From: Chthoniobacterales bacterium
GTDB lineage: Bacteria > Verrucomicrobiota > Verrucomicrobiia > Chthoniobacterales > DASVRZ01
NCBI GenBank assembly: GCA_038228695.1
Contig: JBBRPA010000013.1
Coordinates: forward strand, 3,096 to 67,095
Direction of reading: 5' to 3'
Length of the DNA: 64,000 nucleotides
The notes beneath the pieces were generated by a model. The model ran no database searches. It was not told where the DNA came from and saw only the letters and a list, made by a program, of their open reading frames with translations. Positions within the stretch are counted from its first letter, which is position 1. Each line of letters begins with the position of its first letter. Positions 9,782 through 18,065 of this stretch are shown here, one piece after another. Position numbers and translations under genes: made by a program.

Positions 9782-10616
9782 TACATCTTAGTGCCGCTCG
9801 CAGATCTTCCACACTTCCCTCGCACATCAAAGAACCTCCCAATCGGGGGTTGATCTCAAAAACGACGATTTTCCCTTGGGCATCTAACAGAAAATCGAAA
9901 TTGCACGGTCCTGAAAATTCTAACGGCTGTAAAAATGTTTCTAGCTCACTAACAAACGACGACGGCATTTCAACGCGTTTGGGAAATTTGGCCGTGATTG
10001 ATCTCCGAATCACTCGTGCCTCTTCATGTTCGTAAACATAGACGCAGTGCCACAAAACCCGACCCTTTTTACAAACGCAATACGCCGCATATTGCCGCAA
10101 CGAAGGAATAAATCTCTGCACAATATATGGCGCCCGAACAAATATTTTTCGCGCCAATACTTCCTTGGCCTCTTCGAGTGACAAGACAATTTCAATCCCG
10201 TTTCCTGCGTTTAAATTCGTCCGTTTTATAACGCAGGGAAAACTGGCCTCTTCGATGGAGCGAAATATTTCCGGAGAACGATCCTCGCAGCCGATCGAAC
10301 GCACGTAATCCGCAAAGACCGCCTTATCCCGCAACGTTTTCAACGCCTTATCACTCGGAGCCAATGTCCTAAAATCACCCGGGCGCGACGCGATATGATC
10401 CTCCATTAACGGAATCACCACCGTCCGCATTTTACGATTTTTCCTAGCAGGTATTTCGTTCGCTTTCTGAACCTGCAACACCTCCCCAACCTCGGATGTT
10501 TTTTCCCAAACCGCCGCCTCGGGAGCCAGTGCGCGCATCCACTCGCGGCTATGCGCCCCAAAAATCACCACACGAACCCTCCGTTTTCGAAAAAGTCCGC
10601 GTAACCACAACAACAT
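9699..10616 (-). CDS. ATP-grasp domain protein (orphan)
   Basis: C-terminal VFEINPRLGGS ATP-grasp signature; 305 aa. The gene body is ~40-47% GC (hand count on 60-nt samples) against ~60% in the flanks. Confidence 0.7.
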   Translation of the reverse strand: MLLWLRGLFRKRRVRVVIFGAHSREWMRALAPEAAVWEKTSEVGEVLQVQKANEIPARKNRKMRTVVIPLMEDHIASRPGDFRTLAPSDKALKTLRDKAVFADYVRSIGCEDRSPEIFRSIEEASFPCVIKRTNLNAGNGIEIVLSLEEAKEVLARKIFVRAPYIVQRFIPSLRQYAAYCVCKKGRVLWHCVYVYEHEEARVIRRSITAKFPKRVEMPSSFVSELETFLQPLEFSGPCNFDFLLDAQGKIVVFEINPRLGGSLMCEGSVEDLRAALRCIIQHARVERRDRRGKWGIVRSSRDGAI

Positions 10617-10706
10617 CGCCTTTTCTATTCAGATAGAATCCAACACGGCGATAGAATTTTTATCGCTGCCTAATTCACTGATGAGAGGGCAACCCAGGAT
10701 CGGCGT

Positions 10707-11819
10707 TTATTCGAGCCGGCCTTCGATCAATCCTAAAGGAAGCGCGGCGGGTTGCTCGGGTTTGGACTCGATGGTGACACTCTGTTTCGAATCGGAGGAT
10801 TTCTCGAAGGCGTGCATCACTTCTAGGGCGTGGTAGGCAAGCGCGCCACTTGAGCGATGCGGATGTTTTCCGCCGCTGAGAATCGCGTAGGCCATGTCGG
10901 CTGCACCGATGCTGCGACTGTTTTCCGCATACTTGTGGCTGAGGGCCTGCTCGCGCCATTCACCGGAAGTCGGGGTCCACACTTCGACAGGTCCGCCAAA
11001 GGTGTTAGGATCGGGCACCTTCATCGATCCTTCGGTGCCGTAGAGTTCAATCGGAGAGTGTCCGTGACGTCGGACATCGAAAGAGATCGTCATCGTTACC
11101 ACCGCACCGGAGTGGAACGTAAGCGTGCCAGAGCAATGAGTCGGAACTGAAACCGGGAGAATTTTTCCAAACTGTTCCTTGCAGGTGGCGATCCGCTCCG
11201 CATAGGCCCGACTGGTCACCGCGATGACTTCCTTCACCGGGCCTAGGAGATGAACTAGCGCCGTGATGTAGTAGGGGCCCATGTCGAACATGGGACCTGC
11301 GCCTTGTTCATAAAAGAACGCGGGGTTCGGATGCCAGCTTTCCGGGCCACTTGCCAACATGAAGGCAGTGCCGCTAACCACTTTGCCGATCCAGCCGTCA
11401 TCGACGATTTTGCGACTGGTCTGAAGTCCGGCCCCGAGAAACGTATCGGGCGCGCAGCCAACCATAAGGCCTTTTTCCTTGGCGAGATCGATGACTTGCT
11501 TGGCGTCTTTGAGGTGCACGGCCAGCGGTTTCTCACAATGCACGTGTTTGCCAGCATTCAGCGCGGCCAGACTCACCTCTGCGTGGACAGCCGGGATTGT
11601 TAGGTTAATGACTAGATCAACGTCCGGATTGGCGAGCAATTCCTCGACCGTTTGGGCGAGGCAGGCGTTTTCCGTTGCTTTCACAACAGCAGCTTCCATG
11701 TTTAAATCCGCACAGGCAACGACTTCGAGAATCTCGAACATTTTAGCACCGTTAAAGTAGGCCTGCGAAATGTTACCGCAGCCGATGATCCCGATTCTGA
11801 TTTTTGATTTTGTTGCCAT
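10707..11819 (-). CDS. Gfo/Idh/MocA family oxidoreductase
   Basis: IRIGIIGCGNISQAYF Rossmann N-terminus, EKPLA motif; 370 aa. Confidence 0.9.
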   Translation of the reverse strand: MATKSKIRIGIIGCGNISQAYFNGAKMFEILEVVACADLNMEAAVVKATENACLAQTVEELLANPDVDLVINLTIPAVHAEVSLAALNAGKHVHCEKPLAVHLKDAKQVIDLAKEKGLMVGCAPDTFLGAGLQTSRKIVDDGWIGKVVSGTAFMLASGPESWHPNPAFFYEQGAGPMFDMGPYYITALVHLLGPVKEVIAVTSRAYAERIATCKEQFGKILPVSVPTHCSGTLTFHSGAVVTMTISFDVRRHGHSPIELYGTEGSMKVPDPNTFGGPVEVWTPTSGEWREQALSHKYAENSRSIGAADMAYAILSGGKHPHRSSGALAYHALEVMHAFEKSSDSKQSVTIESKPEQPAALPLGLIEGRLE

Positions 11820-11834
11820 AAAAGAGATAATTAA

Positions 11835-12650
11835 TTATTTTTTTCCGTGAGCGATGCCGGCGCGGGTTAGGTAGTTATAACTTTCCTCAATCGCTTTCAT
11901 CATGTTGCCAGCGTAGCTGTCGAGTTCGACGGCAATGTATTGGGCGTAAGTCGCGGCCTTGGACGCCGCTAGAAGATCCACCTGACCAGTGCCGGCGGGA
12001 AGGAACGGAGAGGAATTGCTGACCATAATCTTGCCGTCCGCAGTCTCGGCTTCAGTGAAGACATCGTCACCGCAAACCATACCGTCCTTGAAGTGCAGGG
12101 CCTTGCCGCGGACGCCGATCTCTTTGAGGAAAGCCACGGGGTCGAGTCCCGCCTTGGCAACCCAAAACACATCGGCTTCCCAGAGCACGGTGTCCGGCGT
12201 ATTCTCCAAAAAGATCTGATAGCCGGGACGTCCATCGACTTCGATCAGGTCCCAATCATGGTTGTGGTAGCCGATCTGCAAACCCTGCGCAGAGGCATTT
12301 GCGGCGGCCTCGCAGTAGAGTTCCGCAGTGGCCTTGATGGCATCGGCTGAGATGAAATTGGCCTTAAACTCAGGCGGACAGCCGGTGATGATCACTTGGT
12401 GACCAAGGAGCAAGGCGTCCTCAATGATCTGGTTTTTGGTTTCTCCGATCGGAAGCGCTCCATGGCAGGTAGGTGCTTGGAGGCCGAGCTCCTGAAAAAG
12501 TTTCGCAGCCTGCGCTGGAGAGGAACCAGGAAAACCCGCCGGTTCCACACAACCAAAGCCCATCGCAGCGATCGCGCGGATGGTGCCTTCGTAGTCGGCG
12601 GCAGCTTGTTCTCTAACGCTGTAAAGTTGGACGGTAATCTGTGGGGTCAT
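11835..12650 (-). CDS. Sugar phosphate isomerase/epimerase (xylose isomerase-like TIM barrel)
   Basis: 271 aa with a family-typical pattern (GFGCVE, GYHNHDWD, IAVELD). Co-oriented with the Gfo/Idh/MocA gene. Confidence 0.85.
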   Translation of the reverse strand: MTPQITVQLYSVREQAAADYEGTIRAIAAMGFGCVEPAGFPGSSPAQAAKLFQELGLQAPTCHGALPIGETKNQIIEDALLLGHQVIITGCPPEFKANFISADAIKATAELYCEAAANASAQGLQIGYHNHDWDLIEVDGRPGYQIFLENTPDTVLWEADVFWVAKAGLDPVAFLKEIGVRGKALHFKDGMVCGDDVFTEAETADGKIMVSNSSPFLPAGTGQVDLLAASKAATYAQYIAVELDSYAGNMMKAIEESYNYLTRAGIAHGKK

Positions 12651-12746
12651 ATTTTTGGAGAATCGATGCAGTTGATTAAAACAATGGAAGTTCTTGCGAT
12701 TTGAGGAGATTATCAGGATAGTTTTCCGACGAAATTGACAAAAACT

Positions 12747-13532
12747 ATGAAAAATGGTTCTGGAATGAGAACGTCGCTGGAAGCGGTCGGATATTTCTTC
12801 AGCGGACCGGGTGGCGCACCGAGCGCTTTTACCATTCCGGCGAACACGCTTTTATTTGAAATGATCACCGAGGGCGCGGTCTATGCGCCGAGCGGGGACT
12901 CGCTGCACGGCGTGGGGACCGTGTTTGTGCATCACCCCGGAGAACAAACGATTTCCCGGACCAAGGGAGACGGCCATTACGCTTGTATGGTGGCCCGGTT
13001 TCGACTCAACCGTGTGCCGCAGGATGTCGGATGGCTGCGATTTTTTCAGTGGGCTCATACGGAAGCGGCGCTGCGGTTCTCGGAGGAGATGCTCTTTGCT
13101 TTTCACCAGACAGATCTCGATCGGCAGGTGCTGGGCGATTTGATCTGGAGCCAGTTCCGTTTTCAATTGGAAGACTTCCGGCGTCAGGCGAGGAATCAGG
13201 AAATTCCACCCCGTGTGGCAGTCGTGTTGACCTATCTGGAAAAAAATTATGCCAAATCAATCGGGATCGAAGATCTTGCGGCACGAGTGGGCCTGAGCGC
13301 CTCCCATCTCCATTCGGAATTTCGCGACCATGTGAGAATGACGCCGCATCAGCATCTCATCCAACTGAGAATGCGGGCGGCGAGGCATCGTTTGGTGACG
13401 TCAACGGATCCCGTCAAATCCATCGCGTTGGACGTTGGCTATGCTAACACGGAGAACTTCTGCCGGGCCTTCCGAAAACATTACGGACTCACTGCAGCGG
13501 CCTACCGTCGAAAATTCATGCCTCACACGTGA
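12747..13532 (+). CDS. AraC-family transcriptional regulator
   Basis: C-terminal double HTH (IEDLAARVGLSASHLHSEFRDHVRMTPHQHLIQLRMRAARHRL ... GYANTENFCRAFRKHYG). Divergent from the sugar operon. Confidence 0.85.
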   Translation: MKNGSGMRTSLEAVGYFFSGPGGAPSAFTIPANTLLFEMITEGAVYAPSGDSLHGVGTVFVHHPGEQTISRTKGDGHYACMVARFRLNRVPQDVGWLRFFQWAHTEAALRFSEEMLFAFHQTDLDRQVLGDLIWSQFRFQLEDFRRQARNQEIPPRVAVVLTYLEKNYAKSIGIEDLAARVGLSASHLHSEFRDHVRMTPHQHLIQLRMRAARHRLVTSTDPVKSIALDVGYANTENFCRAFRKHYGLTAAAYRRKFMPHT

Positions 13533-13657
13533 GACTGATTTGCGGAACCAAAACATCCCCATTTTCTCGCCCCGCCAATTTGTCTTGTGGCTCGACGCTA
13601 TTTGACGGGCTTTTTGGTTGAGTCCGGTCTTTTTCTGCCGAAGATAGGAGCTCTTCA

Positions 13658-14944
13658 ATGCACTCTTTCCAATACCAAAACGGACGTCTCGTTTGCGAAA
13701 ACGTCGATCTCGAGACCCTTGCCCACGAGCACGGCACCCCACTTTACGTTTACTCGTCTGCCACCATTCTTGACCACTACCGCCGACTCGATGCGGCCAT
13801 GGAAACGCTGCCGCATCAGATTTGCTATGCGGTCAAGGCCAACTCCAATCTCGCCGTCCTCGCGCTCCTCGCCAAGGAAGGCAGTGGTTTTGACATCGTT
13901 TCCGGCGGCGAACTTTTTCGCGTGTTGAAGGCCGGCGGCGCGGCGGCAAAATGCACCTTCGCTGGGGTCGGCAAAACCACCGAGGAAATCGAATACGGCC
14001 TTCGCGAGGGCATTTATAGTTTCAACGTAGAATCGGAGGCTGAGTTGCTCCGGATTAACGAAATCGCCCAACGCCTGAACCTGCGCGCGCCCGTCGCCAT
14101 TCGCGTCAACCCCAATGTCGAAGCCGGGACGCACAAATACATTTCCACCGGCAAGAGCGACAACAAGTTCGGCATCGACATCGAACGCGTCCGCGACGTT
14201 TATGCCGCCGCCGCTAACCTGCCGCACCTCCACCTGCGCGGCGTCCAGATGCACATCGGCTCGCAAATCACCAAAAGCGGCCCATTTGCAGCCGCCGTAA
14301 CGAAGATGCTTCCGCTCGTGGCCGATCTGCAACGCGAACACGGGATTGAATTTTTCAGCATTGGCGGTGGCCTCGGCATCGTTTACCACGACTCGATCGG
14401 GGCCGGTCAGGAAGCTTGGTGGAAACAAGAGGAATCGCCCGCGATCACAATCGAGGAATATGCCCAATCCGTCGTGCCGCTTCTGAAAAATCTCCCTGTA
14501 AAAATCCTCTTCGAGCCAGGTCGCCTGATCGTTGGCAACGCCGGGGTGCTCCTCACGGCAGTCCAATTTGTGAAACAGGGCGCGAGCAAAAAATTCGTCA
14601 TTGTGGACGCCGGGATGAACGACCTGATCCGCCCCGCGCTGTATCAGGGTTATCACGAAGTGGTCCCGCTCCGCCAGCCGGAGGACGCAATCACCGAGCG
14701 AATCGACCTCGTCGGGCCGGTCTGTGAAAGCGGTGATTTTTTTGCCCAAGATCGCGATGTTGCTCAGCTTGGCCAAGGTGAACTGGTCGCTCTCATGAGC
14801 GCCGGAGCCTACGGTTTTGCCATGGCCTCGAATTACAACTCGCGGCCTCGCCCGGCGGAAATCATGATCACCGGAGACGCGGCCAAAGTCGTCCGCAGGC
14901 GCGAATCCCTCGACGAAATCATCGCCGGCGAATCTATTTCCTAA
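13658..14944 (+). CDS. lysA: Diaminopimelate decarboxylase
   Basis: GTPLYVYS, YAVKAN (PLP Lys), SIGGGLGI, GPVCESGD motifs; 428 aa. Confidence 0.92.
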   Translation: MHSFQYQNGRLVCENVDLETLAHEHGTPLYVYSSATILDHYRRLDAAMETLPHQICYAVKANSNLAVLALLAKEGSGFDIVSGGELFRVLKAGGAAAKCTFAGVGKTTEEIEYGLREGIYSFNVESEAELLRINEIAQRLNLRAPVAIRVNPNVEAGTHKYISTGKSDNKFGIDIERVRDVYAAAANLPHLHLRGVQMHIGSQITKSGPFAAAVTKMLPLVADLQREHGIEFFSIGGGLGIVYHDSIGAGQEAWWKQEESPAITIEEYAQSVVPLLKNLPVKILFEPGRLIVGNAGVLLTAVQFVKQGASKKFVIVDAGMNDLIRPALYQGYHEVVPLRQPEDAITERIDLVGPVCESGDFFAQDRDVAQLGQGELVALMSAGAYGFAMASNYNSRPRPAEIMITGDAAKVVRRRESLDEIIAGESIS

Positions 14945-14953
14945 AATCCTAAC

Positions 14954-15730
14954 ATGCTCAAAGTCACCGTCTGGGGCGAAAACGTCCACGAACAAAAACA
15001 TCAGGTCGTCCGCGACATTTACCCAGACGGCATGCACGAATGCATCGCGGCCGGACTGCGCGAGGACGCCGCTTTAGAGGTCCGCACCGCCACCCTGCAA
15101 CAACCCGAGCACGGCCTGACCGAGGACATCCTCGCAACGACTGACGTGCTCACCTGGTGGGGCCACTGCGCCCACGGGGAGGTTAGCGATGCAATCGTGG
15201 ACCGGGTGCAGGAGCGCGTCCTTCAAGGGATGGGCCTCCTCGTGCTGCACTCGGGGCATTACTCGAAAATTTTCAAGCGCCTCATGGGCACCTCCTGTTC
15301 GCTCACTTGGCGCGAGGCCGGGGAACGGGAGCGCCTCTGGGTTTGCAACCCCGGGCACCCGATCGTTCAAGGGCTCGGCCCCTTCATTGAACTTCCCAAC
15401 ACCGAGATGTATGGCGAGCCGTTCGGAATTCCGACACCCGACGAGCAGATTTTCATCAGTTGGTTCGAAGGCGGCGAGGTCTTCCGATCCGGGGCGACTT
15501 GGAAACGCGGCAACGGGAAGATTTTCTATTTCCGACCCGGGCACGAGACCTATCCGATTTATCACAACGAAAGTGTAAAACTCGTCCTGAAAAACGCGGT
15601 TCACTGGGCCGCGCCCGACGGCAGCCGATGGATCGACAGCGCCCCAAATATCCCGATCGAAAAAGCCCGGGAAAAGATCGTCCAGCAAGGTGGATCGCTC
15701 CACGCCAAAGGCGAAGCAGGTTTCAAATAG
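14954..15730 (+). CDS. ThuA domain protein
   Basis: [14 protein letters not shown] start and class-I glutamine-amidotransferase-like ThuA pattern; 258 aa. Confidence 0.85.
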   Translation: MLKVTVWGENVHEQKHQVVRDIYPDGMHECIAAGLREDAALEVRTATLQQPEHGLTEDILATTDVLTWWGHCAHGEVSDAIVDRVQERVLQGMGLLVLHSGHYSKIFKRLMGTSCSLTWREAGERERLWVCNPGHPIVQGLGPFIELPNTEMYGEPFGIPTPDEQIFISWFEGGEVFRSGATWKRGNGKIFYFRPGHETYPIYHNESVKLVLKNAVHWAAPDGSRWIDSAPNIPIEKAREKIVQQGGSLHAKGEAGFK

Positions 15731-15879
15731 AAAAAAATCCCCGGATGGGGCTGATTAGCAAGCTTCTTGCTATTAAAGGCGTCGAACATGACGTCTTCGG
15801 AGAAATTATTGGATGAACTGCGCACTTTTGTCAGGGCGGAAGCCGGTGCGCAGGAACTCAACGTGCCCCTCTAATTTCC

Positions 15880-17925
15880 ATGGCGCGCCTTTATCCCAAC
15901 CAGCTTGTCGGAGTCGTTTCGCCGGAAAATGCGAAGGTCTTCGGGGCTTTGCGACGGTTGCCCGGTGACCAGACGCACATTTGGCGGGCGCTCACCGCAG
16001 GCGATCCGTGGCGGCCCGATTGGATGATTCTGCATCAGGAACGGGTGTGCTTTCTCGTCGCTGTCTCCCAACAAAGTTTACCGGGCGATCTCTTCGGCTC
16101 GCAACCCTCTGAAGCTCCCGGCGCGATCGAGACCCAGCGGCTAAACACTTTTTTTGAAAACCTGACCGCCGACGCGGCCTATCTCAACAAACCGCTCCGT
16201 CCTCCGATCTTTGGCGTGGTGATTTTCCCCAACATTCCGCACGAATATTTCGATCAATTTCCCCCGAACCCCGATGTCGCCCTTTGGGGCCGGGAGATGC
16301 TGTATCCCTCCTTTATCGAGGAAGCTCTGGAAAAAACCGGCAGCGACGGTGTTTTCCCGACCGTCTGGCTCGACCTTTTGCGCCACAAGATTTGCCCCGA
16401 ATCCCAAATTCCGCGCGACCTGACCGTGACCCCGAAACGTCCCCAACGGCGCGATCTCGCTCCGCGTCACACCCGGCAGTTGCTCGATCTCGACCAAGAA
16501 CATCTCGTCAAAACCGACTTGTTGATGAACGACGATGCCAGCAACGTCACGCGCTCCGGGAACCTCCGCCTCGTCACCGGCGTCGCGGGCAGCGGCAAAT
16601 CGCTCGTCCTGCTCTACCGCGCCCGACTCCAGGCCACCCTTTGCAACGAGGCCCGCATCCTGACCCTTTCCCACAACCGCCCGATCACCTTCGAATTGCA
16701 ATCGCGCCAAGAGCGAATCATGCCCGGCACATGGCTCCGCTGGCAGACGTTTTACCAGTGGTGCCACAGCCTGCTCCCGCAAACCGAAAAAATCTTGTCC
16801 GACTGGGAGCGCAAACCCTGGATTCAGGAACTGGCCGCCTTGCATCCCACCATCGCCAAACTTCCCGCCGAATTTCTCGTCGATGAACTCGATTGGATTC
16901 GGGAGCAAGCTTTCAGCGCGGAGACGTCCTATCTGATCGCCGCCCGCCGAGGCCGACACCGTCCGCTCAATCTCGACCAACGCAAAGCCATGCTCGAGTT
17001 GCTCGCCGAATATCGCCATAAACTGGCCGCCACGGAGCATTGCGACTGGACGAGTGTCCCCGAAAATGTCTGGCACGCCCTCCGCGGCGGACGCATTCAG
17101 AGCGAGGCTTACGATCATATTTTCATCGATGAAGCGCAATTTTTTCCGCCGCTCTGGTTCAAGGTGATCCTGCATTTTCAGAAACCAGCGCACGGAACGA
17201 TCTTCCTCGCGGCGGACCCGACCCAAGGTTTCCTGCGGCATCGCACCTCGTGGCGGGATTGCGGCATCGAAGTTCGAGGACATTCCGCACGGCTGAAAAA
17301 AGGTTACCGAAATTGCCGCGAAATCCTCGCTTTTGCCTCCGCATTTTTCCGCCGCCGCCTGCCGGATCATGACGCCGACAATAATCTGCCGAACGATTTT
17401 GATCTGCAAGGGCTGCCGATTGGCCTGCCCCCGGAATTCATTCACGTCCATCATCAACAGGATGAACTAACCTGCGTGACGCATCAGGTTCTCGAGACGA
17501 TTCGCCATGGGCAGACGCCCGCGAGCCTGCTCGTGCTTTTCAAATCCGGCACGGCGGTAACGGAATGCGTGGAGCGGCTCAACGATCTGCACGGAAGTCC
17601 GATCGCCTGGAATGCAAAGGAACCGGGGCAGCCTCGTCAGCCGATGGTCCGCGTTTCGACCTTAAATGCCGCCACCGGACTCGAGAGCCAGATGGTCTTT
17701 CTTTGCGGACTCGACAGTTTGCTGGAGGAGGAGCACCGACTCGGCCTCGAAGAAAGCGAGAAAGACGAGATCATCCGAAGCAACACCCGGAAAATTTACA
17801 TGGCTCTGACCCGGGCCAGTCGGCAGGTTTACCTTGTTTACCGACACCCAAGCACGCGGGAGTTGCTGGAGGGTCTGCCCATGGAGAAAACCGCCTCGCA
17901 ACTCCTCCGCCTCGCCGCCGCGTAA
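15880..17925 (+). CDS. SF1 (UvrD-like) helicase with NERD-like N-terminal region
   Basis: Walker A LVTGVAGSGKSL, motif II IFIDEAQFF, LAADPTQG, YRNCREI, STLNAATGLESQMVFLCG, IYMALTRASRQVYLV. The N-terminal ~200 aa carry a PDWMIL..FLVAVS pattern resembling a NERD/PD-(D/E)xK core. Confidence 0.75.
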   Translation: MARLYPNQLVGVVSPENAKVFGALRRLPGDQTHIWRALTAGDPWRPDWMILHQERVCFLVAVSQQSLPGDLFGSQPSEAPGAIETQRLNTFFENLTADAAYLNKPLRPPIFGVVIFPNIPHEYFDQFPPNPDVALWGREMLYPSFIEEALEKTGSDGVFPTVWLDLLRHKICPESQIPRDLTVTPKRPQRRDLAPRHTRQLLDLDQEHLVKTDLLMNDDASNVTRSGNLRLVTGVAGSGKSLVLLYRARLQATLCNEARILTLSHNRPITFELQSRQERIMPGTWLRWQTFYQWCHSLLPQTEKILSDWERKPWIQELAALHPTIAKLPAEFLVDELDWIREQAFSAETSYLIAARRGRHRPLNLDQRKAMLELLAEYRHKLAATEHCDWTSVPENVWHALRGGRIQSEAYDHIFIDEAQFFPPLWFKVILHFQKPAHGTIFLAADPTQGFLRHRTSWRDCGIEVRGHSARLKKGYRNCREILAFASAFFRRRLPDHDADNNLPNDFDLQGLPIGLPPEFIHVHHQQDELTCVTHQVLETIRHGQTPASLLVLFKSGTAVTECVERLNDLHGSPIAWNAKEPGQPRQPMVRVSTLNAATGLESQMVFLCGLDSLLEEEHRLGLEESEKDEIIRSNTRKIYMALTRASRQVYLVYRHPSTRELLEGLPMEKTASQLLRLAAA

Positions 17926-18065
17926 GCGGTAGGCAACGGCCGAACGTGTTCAGCCCATCAGGAAACAACACGCCCTGCGCCCCTTGAAGGTAACGCTTTC
18001 CTTCCACGCTTTCCCCTTCCCCTATTCCGTTAAATAATATTTGCTGCTCTGATTCCCTCTGCTTC

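Noticed and set aside
13533-13657. Possible lysine riboswitch (L-box) upstream of lysA.
   Set aside because: Only ~125 nt are available, and I could not find the conserved L-box helices or core motifs. It is probably just a promoter and 5' UTR.
13655-15037. 460-aa ORF antisense to lysA. Similar long antisense ORFs occur at 16141-17457 (helicase), 18282-19970 (hsdM), 29035-30963 and 28000-29016 (gltB), 56062-57048 (copA) and 60020-61600 (nuoF).
   Set aside because: Each lies entirely opposite a gene with strong family motifs. Their translations are Arg/Gly/Ala/Val-rich and low in complexity, with no recognisable motifs. This is the typical stop-codon-poor antisense frame of high-GC DNA.
15788-15874. 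28-aa ORF (MTSSEKLLDELRTFVRAEAGAQELNVPL*) ending 5 nt before the helicase ATG, considered as a possible small partner or leader peptide of the island.
   Set aside because: It is too short, has no Shine-Dalgarno sequence or recognisable motif, and could arise by chance. It is worth a tblastn check but not supportable as a gene.
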